From Vicugna vicugna (Eukaryota), in NCBI GenBank assembly GCA_013265495.1, contig MU058718.1:1922001-1986000 (forward strand): DNA of 64,000 nt, given 5' to 3'. This document shows positions 1-14,790 of the stretch, one piece after another (the first letter of the stretch is position 1; each line of letters opens with the position of its first letter). A program made the position numbers and the translations under genes. A model generated the notes under the pieces. The model did no database searches and was not told the DNA's origin. It was given only the letters and a program-made list of their open reading frames with translations.

Positions 1-1489
1 TATTTCCTCCCAGTCTGTGGCTTGTTTTTTTGTTTTTTTAGCAGTATCTTTCAAAGAGCAAAATTTTAAATTTTTTATGAAGTCCGTTTTATCAATTCTT
101 TTTTTCTGGATTGAACTTTTAAAAAATTGTCTTATGTAAGGAAATAGGCCTAATTAAGGTCACAAAGATTTTGTTCTGTAAGTTGTATAGCTTCTGCTTA
201 TTTTTATATGTTGAGGAGGAAAAATGAAGTGTAGTAATTATAATGTATCAGGAAGGAATTAATTACATCATATAATTTTACATAATGTAATTATAACTTT
301 AATTTGGTGGAATCTGAGCTGTAAAATAATAGTGCAGTGAAAACTGATTTATTGTCAATCTACTAGAAAACAGATTTTTAGAACTTCAGTCATAAAAAGA
401 GATCTATAGTAAAACGTCTTTGAATAGTTAAAGAAAAGTTTCAGGCTTTAATGCTGTAGAAATGTTACAGAAAGAATTAAGTAAGTTTGGATTCCAATCC
501 TGGCCATCCCCCATAGTAGCTGTGTGATTTTATTTATTTACTTTTTTAAGTCAGGGTTTTCATGTTAAGGATCCCAGTTTCCTTATCTGTACAGTATAGA
601 TAAACACAGAATAAGCCTTCATTTAAGTTTGTTCCCTTACCTTTGTAATGTTGTTAGGGTTTTTTGAAAAATGTTTTTTGAGTATGGTATCTTTCTAAAC
701 TAGAAGATTCCATTCTGAAACAGTACTGTTGTGTATAAAGGGTCATTATTCAAATCCTGGTCTTTCCTTCAGTGAGAATATTATACTGTCTATTTATAGT
801 GGCTCAGAGTTATGTGGTAAAATGTTTTGAATATTATATTTTCTGATATTTTCTCTCAGTTTCAATAATTCTGCTTCTAAGTGAATTAGGGTACTTAAGC
901 CATAAATGATTGAAATGTGAGGTTTACATTGGGATTTCCTTTCCTTTCATGATTTAGTTTTCAGATTCGATTGTCTACTATTTAGTTGTATAAGGACCAT
1001 CCAGCTTCAGTGTTATTTTGGGGCATTCCTTATTCAGTTTTCAAGGTTATAGAGCTGACAACCTTTAGCCCAGAGGAGGTGACATTTGCTTTGAACTCTG
1101 TAGTGAATCTTTTTAGAGATATTTACCTATCTTATTTTTATATCATGCTGTAACTAAAAACTACATCAGGTATTTTAACGATAAATTGTAATTGCAAAGC
1201 ATCAGTGTAATGATGGTTTTGATATCTTTTTCTTAATGGAACACTGAAGGTTATGAATAAAACACCAATAAAGTGCCAGTGTTATTGATTGTAGATGGAG
1301 GTATCTGTTGGATAAGTGCTTCCCAGCTTATTGTTCTTTAATGTAGTTCCTGAATTTTATAACCTTTGAAATTAAAAATAACTTGAAAAAAGCAAATAAT
1401 TGCTGTATCATTTTAAAGTTTTATGGTGTTGATGGAATCTGTTGCCATGATAGGATGCCTTGTTATGGAGCGTAGACTGTGGGAGGGCC

Positions 1490-1670
1490 TCCTGATTGTG
1501 TCACAATCCCAACTTTACCATATTCTAGCTGTGCAGCCTTGCGCTGTGTGACCAAGCTTTCTATGCCTCTGGTTGCTCATCTGTAAAATGGGGATAAGGA
1601 CAATACCTTTATCATAGGATTATTATAAGGGTTAAGTTAGTTAATATATATGAAGTGTTTTCGAATAGCC
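1490..1670 (+). repeat. MIR SINE
   Basis: ctcatctgtaaaatggggataa core. Confidence 0.8.
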
Positions 1671-2389
1671 TTTGTAAATGTAGCTGTATAAAACTTTCCT
1701 TTTTACTGAGCTAGAGAAATAATATTTATATAAGATTGAGAATGTATCTTTTATAAAGGTAAGCCAAGTAGTACTAACATATTCTCTACCATATTAGGAA
1801 TGTATTTTAACATTATTATGCTACTTTGCACCACTATGGGCAATATTATTTTTAAAAAATATGACAAAGATGTTTCAGAAGTAGTAGATTTTATGCTTCA
1901 GTGTATACAAAATTATAGATAAACCCTGCTAAAATGGAGGGTATTTCCAGTAAATTTAATATTCTGGTTTAGGCAAATGCCTTCTTTAAAAGGTGAACTT
2001 TGTTACTATTTAAGAACTTAAGACATGGTCACTTAGAGGTACATATGACCTTGGCAAATTCATGTTATTTTAACCTCTCCTGATTATTAATCCCACTTAA
2101 CCTTAGTTTTCTTCTCTGTTTCTTGGAGTTAATGTAAGAAGTAAGTATGGTGTTAAAAGTATTAACAGAATCCCTGGTAGTTTGTAGAATGCCTATATTA
2201 AGAGCTCAATAAAATGTTATCCTCAGTTATTCTTCAAATAGTAAGTAAACCCAAAACAAAAGTTTGAACTGTGGTTTGAAGTAGCTTGTCTAATTTATTT
2301 TCATTGTTTTTATATAGTATTTAACTAGAAATCCCTTCTTACTTTATTGCTTTTGTAAGTTTTGTATGATTCTGAACTCTAAATATGTT

Positions 2390-2580
2390 CCCTGAAGCCA
2401 GACTGTCTGGGTTCGAATACTGGCTTCACTACCTATGAGCTCTATGACCTTGTGTCAAGTTATTTAGCATTGCTGTGACTTAGTTTCCTTACAAGTAAAA
2501 TGGGGATGATAATATACTTATGTTGTGGAGTTGTTGTGAGAATTAAATGAATGTGTATGTGTAAAGCACTTAGAAAGCAC
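2390..2580 (+). repeat. MIR SINE
   Basis: gccagactgtctgggttcgaat...gtaaaatggggatgataat...gtaaagcacttagaa. Confidence 0.85.
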
Positions 2581-4627
2581 TAGCTAGAGGGACTTGTTAT
2601 TTTATTGAGGATCCTAATGACCTCTGGGATATCTTACTATTAAATATTTTACCCTTATGAGTTTGGCGAATAAATGCCTTAAAGAACTTAGACTAAGAGA
2701 GAAGGGCTTTAGAGCAAAATGAGACATCGATGTGTAAATATTCCTGCATAAAGTAATTCTGTACACTCATATTCTATTTTTGATAGGTTAGGGGGGTTTA
2801 TAGCATGAGACTTTTGTAGGAATTAAAGAGGTATGTGAACTTGACCTCATCAGTAATAGCACAAGCAAACATTTATGCAGGGTCAAGCATTATATTAGGA
2901 AATGGAACACAGTCCCCACTCAAAATGTGAGCAGCTTTCTAGTACCAAAATGAAAACAGGAGACAGGTTGTGAAGTGCCAAATAAGTGGTACCGGAAGAT
3001 GGTGGAGATTTAGAAGCAGGAGCAAAAACTGTCTTTATTTGAAGAGGGCCAGGGTGAAAAGTCAGGAAAAAAGGCATTCCAGATTGATGACTGCAGTGTT
3101 TATGGTGTTTTTTGTAGACTACCTTAGAGAGGTGGAATATAAGATTTTAGAGAGGAAAGGTATAGGTAAGTAGGTTAGGAAATGGTCGATTGTGTTCTCT
3201 TCTATTAGTCTTTCACCCACTTAAGGTTTTAAATGAGAACCTAGTGAATGCTAAATATGGTCCTATGAATGGAAGAGACAAGAAGTGAACATTAACTCAC
3301 TCTACTTGCAGGCTTAGGGGCAAGACAGTCTTTAAAAAAGTAATTGCTATAATGTGATGACTATTACGATAACTGAAATAGTTATGAGAGTATGTACCAG
3401 GGAACCTGACCTAGTATACAGGGAAGGACTTCTGGAGGAAATTACTTTTAAATTGAGGGCTGAAAGTGGAGTAGAAATTAGCCAGGAGAGTGGTAGAGGA
3501 TCTTAGGGGGTGAGGGATAAACGAACAGCAGGTTGGAGGAAGATGAGACGTTGCAGCATGGGAGCAGGGGAGGGCTGTCATTTGAAGAACTGAAAGAAGT
3601 CTAATGGAGAACCAGTGACTTGATAAGCTTAAGAAATAAGTAGGTGCTTCAAGCGCATTGTAAACCAAGTTTAAAAGATTTAGTGTTACACTAAGAGCTG
3701 TGAGATGCCCGTAAAAGATTTTAAACTGAGAGAGACATCAGATCTTTTAAAATTTGAAGTTCGTCATGTACATATATGTCAATAACATAAGATATAAGCA
3801 ATAATAAGCCTCTTGGATTCCAAGAAATACTTTTTGTGTAATCTGCACTCTAGCCCTGTATTCAAATTTGTTTCTGAGATAAATTTTAAATGTCAAAGCC
3901 AATAAAATACTCTAAGTTGCTGCTTTCTTGAACCATAGAATAGCTGATGCCTTTGACCACCTTTAAAAGACAAATCCAGTTACTACTTCTGTGAGTCAAA
4001 TACTAACTGATAAATTCAGCCTTGATGTTACTCTCTCAGAACTTGTCAGATGTTGACATTGCATGGACTCTTGAGTCCAGCAGCTAGGAACTAAGCCAAG
4101 GTGAACCAAATTAGTAGCAAGCCTTCAGGATTGGGTAGAAAGTTACCCACCCTCTGGAAATGAGTAATTGGTATGCCTTCTCATTGCGTGTACTTTGTAA
4201 TTGCACATGTGGTTTATGTGATCTGGTAAAGCGTCTCAACTACTTTGAGTTAGTATATTTTGTAATAGCAAACAATTGAAATTGATAAACATTATTTTGG
4301 GTTTGTGTGTAACTTCAAAAGGCGATTTGTAAATTTTGTTGATTTTTGTTTTGATGAGTAAATTCATAAATTTTCAATCAAGTTACTTCTGAGGAAGAAA
4401 TACTAGTTTGTCACTTTTTATCCAAAGTTTAGTTTCTAAATATTTTCGATAACTGGTTGATCCCTCTGCTTTAGTTGGTTAGTCATTCAAGCTTTAATTT
4501 GAAACAGTAATTTTCGTATGCTAAAATTAAATGAGGTAGTTTAATTGAAATATATTGGCAGTTTGAATGATATGTAAACTTTGAAGCAGTTTACCGCTTC
4601 TACTAACAGATTAAAAACATTTTTAGT

Positions 4628-4767
4628 GGGGGAGGGTATAGTGATAGATAAGTGATAGAGTGCATGCTTAGCAGGTGCAAGGTCCTGGGTTCAATCCTCA
4701 GTACCTCCTCTAAAAATAAATAAACAAACCTAATTACTCCCCCTCCCCCGAGAAAAAGAAAAAAAAA
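4628..4767 (+). mobile_element. tRNA-derived SINE (camelid Vic-type)
   Basis: ggggagggtatag head, B-box gggttcaatcc, aaacaaacctaattac body, A tail; two more copies in the window. Confidence 0.85.
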
Positions 4768-4789
4768 TTTTAAAATAAGACATCAGGTA

Positions 4790-5700
4790 GGTTTTTCAAT
4801 ATTTCACAGTTTCAGTATGCACATGTTTCAGTTATCATGGTTTAGTTAACACCAGTTATCCAATAACATGATTCACATTTTAGTTACCACCATACTTTGA
4901 TTAATTGCATAAAGTGCCAACTTTGCTTCTAGCTCTTCAGTCCACAGTTCACTATGTCAGTAACAGATGTGCATCGTGATCAGTGACCAGTAGTCACTTA
5001 TTTCAAAGTCTGTCCATAATTAGTTGCTGTATCTTTGTGTCCATGCATAGACAACAGATTGTAGTTTTGTTGCCTCTGTCTCCCACTGATTAACTCCTGA
5101 GATATTTGGTACAGATGGATAATTGAAAGAGGGAATTGGTCAACAAAGATAAATGTGCAGCAAAGAAACAAAAAGTGATGATGCTAGAAGTGAAATTTGA
5201 ATCAAACATAAATGAAGCCTTAGAAGAAACCGCTCACCATGGGAATGTGAGTGCTGTCGCCATTTGACTCTAGATACACAGCCAAAGGAATTCAGTGATG
5301 GCAGGTTTATTGACATAATTGAGAAAAGTGGTATGACAGAAAAACACAAAGATGTCTCAAAGAAACTGACATCAGTAAAAAACTTCATGTTAAAGGAACT
5401 CTTAGCATTGAAGATACAGAGGATAAAATATTGGAAAATGATCCAAACTTAGGAGTATGACAATTTGCCAAGGCATAGACAAGTAGTATTCAAACTATTC
5501 TTGGTAAGTTTTTACAAAGAAATGTAACACTTCAGTTCTCGTTGTTTCTAATGTTTTAAACTACAATGCAGTAAATTCCAGCTTTACTATTTTTTCATTT
5601 CCCTTTGTACACTTAAAAGTTTTTAATGTTTGACAAAAACTTTTGTCATGAATAATTATAATTTTCCACTTTAATTATTGTGAGGTTTTTTTACATGTTG
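4790..5700. mobile_element. Tigger-like (TcMar) DNA transposon remnant
   Basis: resembles recalled Tigger internal/terminal sequence (gcagcaaagaaacaaaaagtgatgatgctagaagtgaaattt); boundaries approximate. Confidence 0.5.
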
Positions 5701-8284
5701 CCTGTATGTATTACAAATATTTATTGGTTTAATTCCATGTGCCAGGCCCTGGGCTCTGCCTTTAACATACAAAATAAAGATCAAAGACCCTTTCTAGTGG
5801 AGAGAGTTAGTTACATAAAATTAATTATAAGGAAGTGCCTCCTTGAGTGGATACCTTTCTCTTCCCCCCTCATGTATTATTCAGAGTGCTAATATGTACC
5901 TGTTTTAACAGGAGGGTCATTGAAGACTCAGAGATGGTAATATTTGATTTTTGTGTAGGATTTTGTCATCCTGATGATGGGGAAAGAGAAAGGTATCTAC
6001 TCAAGGAGGCGCGAAACACCAGGTTCCACAAACTAGGCGAGAGCATGAGCTGTACCTGGGGATAGCTAAGCAATGTGGAGCACAGATAGTTCAGATCTGT
6101 ATAACCTTTTAAGAGATTATAAGACACTTCAGCAACAAAGGACCTGGAAAGTTAAGTTGAGAAGTAAAATGATCCAGTTTGCATTTTAAAAGATAATTCA
6201 GTTTTGTAAAAAGTGGGATTATAGTAGTTTAGGTAAGGGATATTGAGGACCTGAACTAAAGCAATGTAAAAGGAGAGGAAGGGACAAATTTAACAGCTGT
6301 TGGGGAGGTAGACTCTGTAGTACTTGGATCGGAAAAAAAAAATGAGGGAGAAGAAATAACCTAGGATTTGGAGAGAGAGATCCACTTGTAAAGATTTAAA
6401 GCTTAGGTTAATGTAATTACTGTTTGTATGATCTTGGTATAGTCTTCCCTTTAATTTGCTGGATGGGTGGGAGGTAGAAGGGTACAGTTACTGAGTTATG
6501 GAATATTTGCATTCTTCATTGCCAGTGTTGATTAACAAAAGAGTATGTCAGCTGAGATAGCTCTGGGACTTTAAAGCAGTCTATTTCTGCTTTTCACAGC
6601 TGTGGAAAGTCAGGAAAATGCTTCTTTCTAGTATACTAATAATCCTATTACAGTAATTTCGATAAAGTCCTAGATTGTATTGTAGTGATGTGGTGTAGAA
6701 TGCACTGCTGAGAATCTGTTGGGGATTATTCCTCTAGAAAAAGGATAGTTCTGGAAGGGATGGTCACTCTTCAAGAATAAGATTAAAAATAATTGAGGAA
6801 TTTACTTCTGGTCTCTTTCTAGAGCAATCTTAAGGAACAAAGGAATGACTTGGAAGGTATTTCAATTATTTCTAGATGATAGAGTATTCATTTTATAATA
6901 TACTTTTAACTTATAATATAAAATCAAAAGTGGTTAATTACATTATTTTTCTAGATTGCTTCTTTGCAATTGATATGTTTGTGTTCTTCACTTACTTTAA
7001 GCCCAGTTCAAGTTTGCATCGTAGTATATGCATTCTTCAAATAGTTAAACAGCTACCAGCTATAACTTTTGAGTTTTATTGTCTGTAGCTGCCATTATTA
7101 AATTAGTTAAAGACCTGTATAATATAAACATTCCCATCACATTTGTTTTTTTGTTAGTGAACTGATGAGAGACTTGTGTAGTGTTGGCTGGTTCCAGGCA
7201 GAGCCTCCTGAAACCAGCCTTCACTTAAATTCCACAGTTTCCATGGTTCAGTCCTTAATAATCTGGTGAAATACCTTATCTTTCTTAGGATGTATCTTGA
7301 GTCAGTTAGGTTCTTGGTGTATGGTGGGGGATGGAGTCCATTATATATAAATAAATCGGCATTCCAGTGTATGGGCAGTATTGGAACAGAGAGAAGGAGT
7401 GGTTTGAGTGACTGTTTCACCATAGCTCTTTGGGACCTTAATGAAATAGCAGTCTCTGATGTAAAGGTTTCTCTGTGCCTGGGAGGCAGCGTTTGTTTAC
7501 CTTGGGCAGAACTGAGTGAATATGAATTTAGTCTGAACCCATTTTTTTTTATGCCGACTATTGAGTTGACATGTCAATTAGATACTTATATTAGAACTGG
7601 ATTCTGATTTCTTTGCCACTGAGGAACTGTAGGGCCCTCAACCAAGTTACTGACCGCACTGGGCCTGTTTTCCTTATTTGCAGGAAGAATTTAGATTGGA
7701 TGGATTTCCAAGGACCTTTTCAGTTCCCAGTTTACATGAGCTTTCGTAAGCACCCCTGTGATGCTGGCGGGGGAAAGGCACAAACTAATAAGCAAGTTAC
7801 AGTAAGATCCGGTGATGTCAGACTTAGGGAAAGTTTGTTGAAACTCTCACCAGAATTTTGCTCCCTGCTGCAGCTGTTTGCCTTCAGGATTGCTTGAAAT
7901 CTTCCCCACAATAGTCTTCTTACCAGCCCAGGCCACTCAGCTGTGCGGTAGGAAAGGCAGGTGCCAAGTTAAGGAAGGGCAGGAAGGAAATACAGTCCCC
8001 ATATTTCACTTCTCATTGCTTATTGGTCCCTCCGGCAAGACCTGGTATTTCCACTTTATATAATAATCTCTTTCCCACACTGTAGGTGTCCAGTCTGTCT
8101 TCTTTCTCACTCCTAAATACCTATTTCCTATAGAAATATTCAGGATAATTATCAAGGTTTTACTGTGAAGTGTAAATGAATTCTTTGTCCTCAAAGTCAA
8201 TGTGTCTAAACCTGCTTCTTTTCTGAATAACTTTATCGTGGTTAATGGAGTGTTACTTAAGAATGCCACTTCTGAAATCACACT

Positions 8285-8490
8285 GATCCAGATTCAGATT
8301 CTAATGTCCGTGCACACTAGCAATTTGACCTTTGGTCAAGTTATATGACTCCTGTCTTTGGCTTTCTCATCTCTAAAACAAATTACAGTAGCATTTACTA
8401 CTTAGCATTTTTATGAGAATTAAATAGGAGTATGTTAAGTGCTGGTACATACTAAATGTTCAGTAAACAAAGCTTAGTGCTATTATTATC
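8285..8490 (+). repeat. MIR SINE
   Basis: degenerate core, gagaattaaat, tgctattattat. Confidence 0.7.
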
Positions 8491-9634
8491 ATCCATTTGA
8501 TTCTCAAGCCAGGACTTTCTAGCTTTCCTCTTCACCGTCCAGCTGTTTTCTCTCATCTGTAGTTAGTAACATTAAGATGTGTGATTCTAACTTAGACCTG
8601 TCCCTCATATTTGGGTCCTTCTCATCGGCTTCTGCCTGGGGTCAGGCCCTACTCCCAGAATATTGCAGTAAATTTCTTGCTGCCAAGTCCTTCCTTTTTC
8701 TGATTCATTATCCGTAATCCCATCAAAATTACTTTCGTAGAACAATCTGATTGAGAACTTTCACTGTCTGTAGGATACTTTACTCTTAGCACATGTTAAA
8801 ATGCCCAAATTCTTAAGACCCAGGTAAAATGTTACCTCTTCTTCAGAGCCTAATCGGTCTATCACATTTAGAGTTGTTTGCTCCTGTTGCACTTTATTCT
8901 TTTATCTTTTTAGCTCATTATATTTGTCTGTCCCTCACTTGGACCAAAAGCACCTCCAGGATGGGAATTCTTATGTAATTTTATATTCCCATGGCCTAGC
9001 TTAGTGTCTGGCATATAGGGTTGGTCCTTGGAACATGTTCATTAATTCGTGTATTGATTGTGTACCTGAAGAGCAACATTTCATCCACTTTGCCTCTTTC
9101 CTTTTTTGAAGGTCCAAGTGATTAAAAAGACAAGAACAAGAGGGTACATCCTAAAAGCAAGGAAGGGGCATCCTCAGCCCCCTCATCTCTGAAATGAAAG
9201 AGTTTGGGAGGAGAGAGACCTGAAAGAGTGAGAGTAAAAAGTCCTTAAGAACAAAAGATTATGTGGTTGAAAATTAAAATTAATATTTAATATCCTTTAC
9301 AGTTCAATAAACATTAGGGATAACATTATAGAGATAATTTTTAAAACTTATTGAAGCATTAATTTTACTTATAGACCCTGTCTTTACGCATTACTGGCAA
9401 TAACATCTCATTAGAAACATTAGAAGAGTTGTATGTTTGTTTCAGAAATTGGAGAGGAAGCAGAGGCTAAAACTCTTCTGAAGTTGAAGAAGATAAAGTG
9501 GATTTTTAAAACCTACAACTAAATTAATAAATCCTATATATTATTTTTCTTGATGGTTTAAGAATGATTTCCTTGTTGGGATTAATGTTTTCTTGAAGTA
9601 ATGAAGGATCTTTAAAATTTTCAATGTGAGGATT

Positions 9635-11110
9635 CATTCATTTATCAAATGTGTGCCAGTCATCTGTGCAGTGTGCTAGAATGATGATTAAAATAGGCAT
9701 TGTCCTTGTCTTCTCAGTGTTTAGTAGGGAAGAAAGATACTTTCCCATCCCAGGAACAACAAACAAATTTTGGTAAGTGACATTACAGTGTACTAAAATG
9801 CAGGATAATGGAGAGACATAGGACATTGGAGGTCTCATCTTAGGGTGCTTGAGAAAGGGTTCTCTGAGAACATGGGATTTAAACAATTTGAAAGACGAGA
9901 GGGAATTAGACACTCAGATGAAATGGCACGAGCACAACCACTGAGGCAAGAAAGAGCTTACTTACTAGATAGTTTTTGTTATAGAAAGAAGGCAAGTGTG
10001 GCTGAAACAGAGAAAGCGCAGCAGGTAGCACAGGATAAATGTGGAGGAACAGATGGGTCATGTTGTGTGGGGCTGTGTAAGGCATTTGGATTTTTTTCCT
10101 AAGTAAAATTTCCAGCAGGGGAATGACATGAATGTGTTAAATAGATCACTCTGGCTGTTGTGTGAAAGTGCTGAATGGAATCATGGATACCAGTTGGGAG
10201 GCTGTTGCAGTAGTCAGTGTTAGAGATGATGGTGACCTGGAATAGGGTGATGCCAGTGGAGCCTGAAGTGGAGATTTTGGAAAGTAGAACTGAGGGGCTT
10301 GCTGTTAAATGTGGGGAATAGAAGAAAGAGAAGAATTCATTACTTTTAAATTTCTGGTTTGAGCAACTGGATTGATGGTTAGGGCTATTTAATAAGAGTA
10401 TGGATAGGAGAAAATTGGGTTAAGTTTTGGATATATTAATTTTGGATGCCTGTGAGACATCCAGGTGGAGATGTGGGATAATCATTAAGATGTATGAGCT
10501 GGTGCTCTAAGCACAAGGTTGGGCTGGAAGTAAAAATCAGGACGGTGAGTATATAGATGCCTTTTAAAGCCGCTGGAATGGATGAGATATCTGGGAGCCA
10601 GAGTAAGAAGCACATGGTTCTTGGAAGGTGAGAAAGGCAGTAGAGCATGGGTAGCAGGATTGGTTTCAGTTAAATAGGGAGAGACATTTCTTTCATCATA
10701 ACACTAAGGCAGGAGACTGGTACAGGTACAAATGCAAGAAGGTTTGTAGATTTGGTTGGCATGGGGGTGAAATAGTTCCAACCTGATGGCTTCTCTATAT
10801 TCTGAAGTAGAATCCATGGTTGTCTATTGAGAGAAGGGAGGATACTCAGGAGTTTGGGGAAGGTTGAGAAGTTTGCAGTGCAGTAGAGGACAGAAGAAAC
10901 GTGGTAGAATTGCCTGGTGCTACCTAGGATCCTGTTGTCCATAAATGTATAGTAATTGTTTCAATCTGCCTGGTTTGAAATGAAGCAGGGAAAGCCTTCC
11001 AAGTTTGGTAGATGAGTGGCTAGGTGGTATAGCTAATGGCATGATGGAGGAGTAGTTTGAAAGTCTTATTTGGAGGCCCGGAGGCCACTGGCCTGTGGTG
11101 TTATCAGTTG
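9635..11110 (-). mobile_element. L2 LINE remnant
   Basis: cattcatttatcaaat terminus, agatcactctggctg, gagacatccaggtggagatgt motifs. Confidence 0.75.
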
Positions 11111-14100
11111 GCATGGCTTGCGTGCAGCAGTGTCAGAACCAGCTGCTTAGTAGCTTTGCACATTAGGATTGCCGTGATCTTTACCATCAGTAAAGACAGG
11201 CTAAACTCTTGAATATGGTAATAGTTATAATATCTATTTTGGGGCTCAAGAGGATCCTAAAACAAAAGGAAACAGCAGAAAGTGTTAACAATGTTAGCAA
11301 AATACAGAAATAGCCATTTGCCAAAAACAAGACATGTGCCCAGAAACCATCTCTGTACTTAAAATTTTAAATGAAATGGTGCCTTTTTAAAATAGTATAA
11401 ACTTTGCTCTGGGTTTATGGAAGTTATGAGAGTGCCAAATAATTTTGCATTTCCTTCCTTCCTGAGTATTATTTCTTAACTATGCAACTAGAAGGCTAAT
11501 CCACTTAAGAGTAACATCTTATCTCCTGTTCATTTCAAACTGTTACTAATGAGTTACTTATTTTTAAAATGTGGGTACTTAAGAAAATGTAAGTTATTTG
11601 GTTAGCTTTCTATTTAGCATTTTCTTGACTTTTTATAGAACTAAAAAATTTTAATGAAATCAAATGCTTTCATTTTAGAAGCCCGTATCAGAATGGTCTA
11701 GTAGAAATTGGTGATCCTTTTAGGAAAAGATTGAATTTCCCGCTGTTATCAGTAGTGTATCCTTTTTCTCTGTGCTCATATTTTCTATAGTATAAGCTGG
11801 CTGCCATTGCATAACGGGGCATAATATTTTCTCTGCTGAAATATTTGTTTTCCTTTTGTGTCTAATGAAGTGGGTGAACACTGTGATAGTAAAAGCCATT
11901 TGGTAGAATAAACGCTAGTTGTATTCTCAGCCACCAATATTTGTATACTCTAAGTCTTCTGTTGCTTAAAATACACATATGATATCTTTGTAGAATAAAT
12001 ATGTAGCCACTTCTTGAATTGGAAGAACATTCTGTTACAGTCATGGGAGGAGATTTTTATTGATACAACTAACGTTTTATTCACTTGCAGTTTTAATGAT
12101 ATGAATTTGAGTGCCTGTCAGGTATTGTTATTTTTATGTGTAGCAGAGCACAGTTTGATTGGATCTATTAAATAAGGTAGGCCATACAGGAAAAATTCTT
12201 CCCAGAATCCTGGCAAATGTTTATTTCCCTACCAAGTTTTATTAAAGAAGTAAAACCTTTGTTAGGTATATTAAGCCATAATCTAAGTAGTTCTTCTAAA
12301 AAATTACTGAACAGGCTAAATTTAAAAATTAATAATGAAGTCCCTTTATTTCTTCCCCAAAGAAGGAAAAAAAAGAATTATTTCAAAATAGTATAACCTT
12401 TTCCCCCTTAGTTTTTCTCTCTGAGAAAGTTTGTATTTGTGGTATGTTGCTTTTCAAAATCCAGAAACAGAATTTGTTTTGCTTGCCACTACTCCTAATT
12501 ACTTATAGATGTCTATTTTTCTTTTAAAGTCCAGCACAGTGTTTCTACACTCATTCCACTAGAGAAATAAAAGTGTGTGTTGCTATCTGAAATCCACTGT
12601 TGTGCACATTGTGTTTCTACAAGTTACAGTTGCATAGTGTGTTTTTGTTTTAATTTGCCCCATAGAGACCAGTGATGCTGTAATACACCAGATAACTTAA
12701 GTACTTTCAAGAGCTGTTGCATTGAGATACACAGCTTTACACACACACACGCACACACAAATTGTGTAGTTAAGTAGTTCTGATGTACAGTTGACTCTTA
12801 CGTTTACCTTGATGAATTATTCTCAATTGGTATATCATCTTTCTCAGGATTTTGGTCAGTGTAATATTGTTTTTGCTACTTCTGAATAGAATAAATATAT
12901 CCTTGTGATATCCCTCATGGAGCCAACTGTGTTATTAGTTTCAAAATAAGATACCTAGTATAATACAAAGCCAGAACCAAAAGAAAAAAAAAAGATTTTC
13001 TAGTAGGTGGGAAAATCACTGCCTTGTATATTTAAGAGAGCTCTATCAAGTCTCTCAAAAGTTAGAAATGATATTGTGATAGAGTGACTCTCTGCAGAGG
13101 GGTGATCAAATTAAAGAAGGATAATAATTGGAAATGTGTTTTAAGCTTTATAGGCTAGTCACTATGTAAATAACGCTGAATATAGCTTTCCCTTCTTAAA
13201 AACAAAACTGAAAATACTTCTTGGACTTGCCATCCCCTCTCTGTTCACCTACCATCCATTATTCTGCTCCCCTCTATAACAAAATACTCAGGAAAAGTTG
13301 TCCGTATTCCTTATTTCTAATACCTCACTGCCCAACCATTGTAATTCATACTTTCATCCTGTCCACTCCCACGTTAACTTCTTGTATAGCCTCTGAATTT
13401 CACTCATGCACACCCCTGCCCCCTGCATTTCTTCAGAATTACTGGTGATGCTTTTGAAATCAGAATCACTACCCTGCTTAAAATCAGTTTCTAGACCCAC
13501 TCTCAGAATGGTTTGGGCTGAGTCCAGGCATTAGTATATTTGAAAAGTTGCTCAGATAATTCTAATGCCAAACAGGCTGAAAACCACTGCTCTAGTGGCC
13601 TCTCTCATACTCACAATAAAAGCAGACAACTTTATGATGTGTAAGGCTTCTGTCTAGCTCTTTAATGCTTCACGTCCTCGTCTCAGTATCAGTCATACTG
13701 GTCTGCTTCAAAGATGCTGGAACTTTGTTCTTCTCATCACTTTGTTCTTCTCTAGCACTTAGAACAGTGCCTTCTGGCACACAGTAAATGTTCAGTAGAA
13801 ATCTGCAGAATTAATGAATATTTTATAGGTATTATTTGTTCTTGTTCTGTAGTAGTGATTACCTTATAATTTGAGAATGCTACCAAAAGTTACTCTATTT
13901 GAACAGATGTTACAGGCCTCCCATAGGTGAACCACTCCATCTTCCAACACTGATTACTTCTTTTGCTGTCAGAATGCCTCCTTTCCTCTGTTTTTTATCT
14001 CTTGGCATATGCACTATTGACACTTCAGGTCTTTTCTCATGTCCTGTTTTAGCTTTTATTTGGGGTATTTTTTCTCTCCTATATTGCTACTTATCCGCTA

Positions 14101-14479
14101 TTTTCTGTGAGTAAAAAAGACTGGTCTTACCAGTGTTGCCAGTCAATAAGAGATTTTTCTCTCTTTCTGTGGGTAAACAAACTATTCATAAGGTGTACAT
14201 AATCTTTGGATTATATGTCCTTCTTGTCTATGTTTATTCTTGCTGGATGCAGTTGGGGGGCTCTTCCTTTGGTGTAAAAAACCAAGGTGGAATTGATGGA
14301 GAGGGTTAGATTTTAAAAATGAAGATCACAGGAAGTACCTGTTTCTGAGGTCAGTGTTTGTAGCCTAATTGATGGAAAGTTGAGGTTTTATTGGATTGGA
14401 GCCTACAAGATCTTCCTGTGAAAAGTTCATATAGTAAATATTTGGGGCTTTGTGATTTAACTGCCAGAGTGCAGGGCCG

Positions 14480-14790
14480 CCAGCCCCAGGCACGGCAGCT
14501 GGGAAGTGCTGGGAATTTAATGGCCCTAGGAGCTGGATAAATAGCCCAGCTTTCTCTTTCCTTCCTGGGATAATTTTAAGGTGTGTTCTGCATGATTCCT
14601 CAGAGTGTCTCACAGGACTGAACTCCAGTTATCCACAGCAGGTAATGAATCCTTAAAAGACTTTCCTCCCTCTGTTTCACTTTTCCTGATTCCCTCAGAT
14701 GTGCTTCCTGGGATCTCCTCTCCCACAAATAAGCTACTTTCACCAAAGTTCTTATTTCAGGATCATCATTTGATTAAAGTCAAAGGAAAC
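14480..14790 (+). mobile_element. LTR16-like ERVL LTR remnant
   Basis: cttcctgggatc...aaataagctactt...ttcagg resembles the recalled LTR16 3' end. Confidence 0.55.

Noticed and set aside
4628..4710. tRNA gene-like A/B boxes
   Set aside because: SINE head: disrupted cloverleaf, shared non-tRNA body and A tail, three copies in the window.
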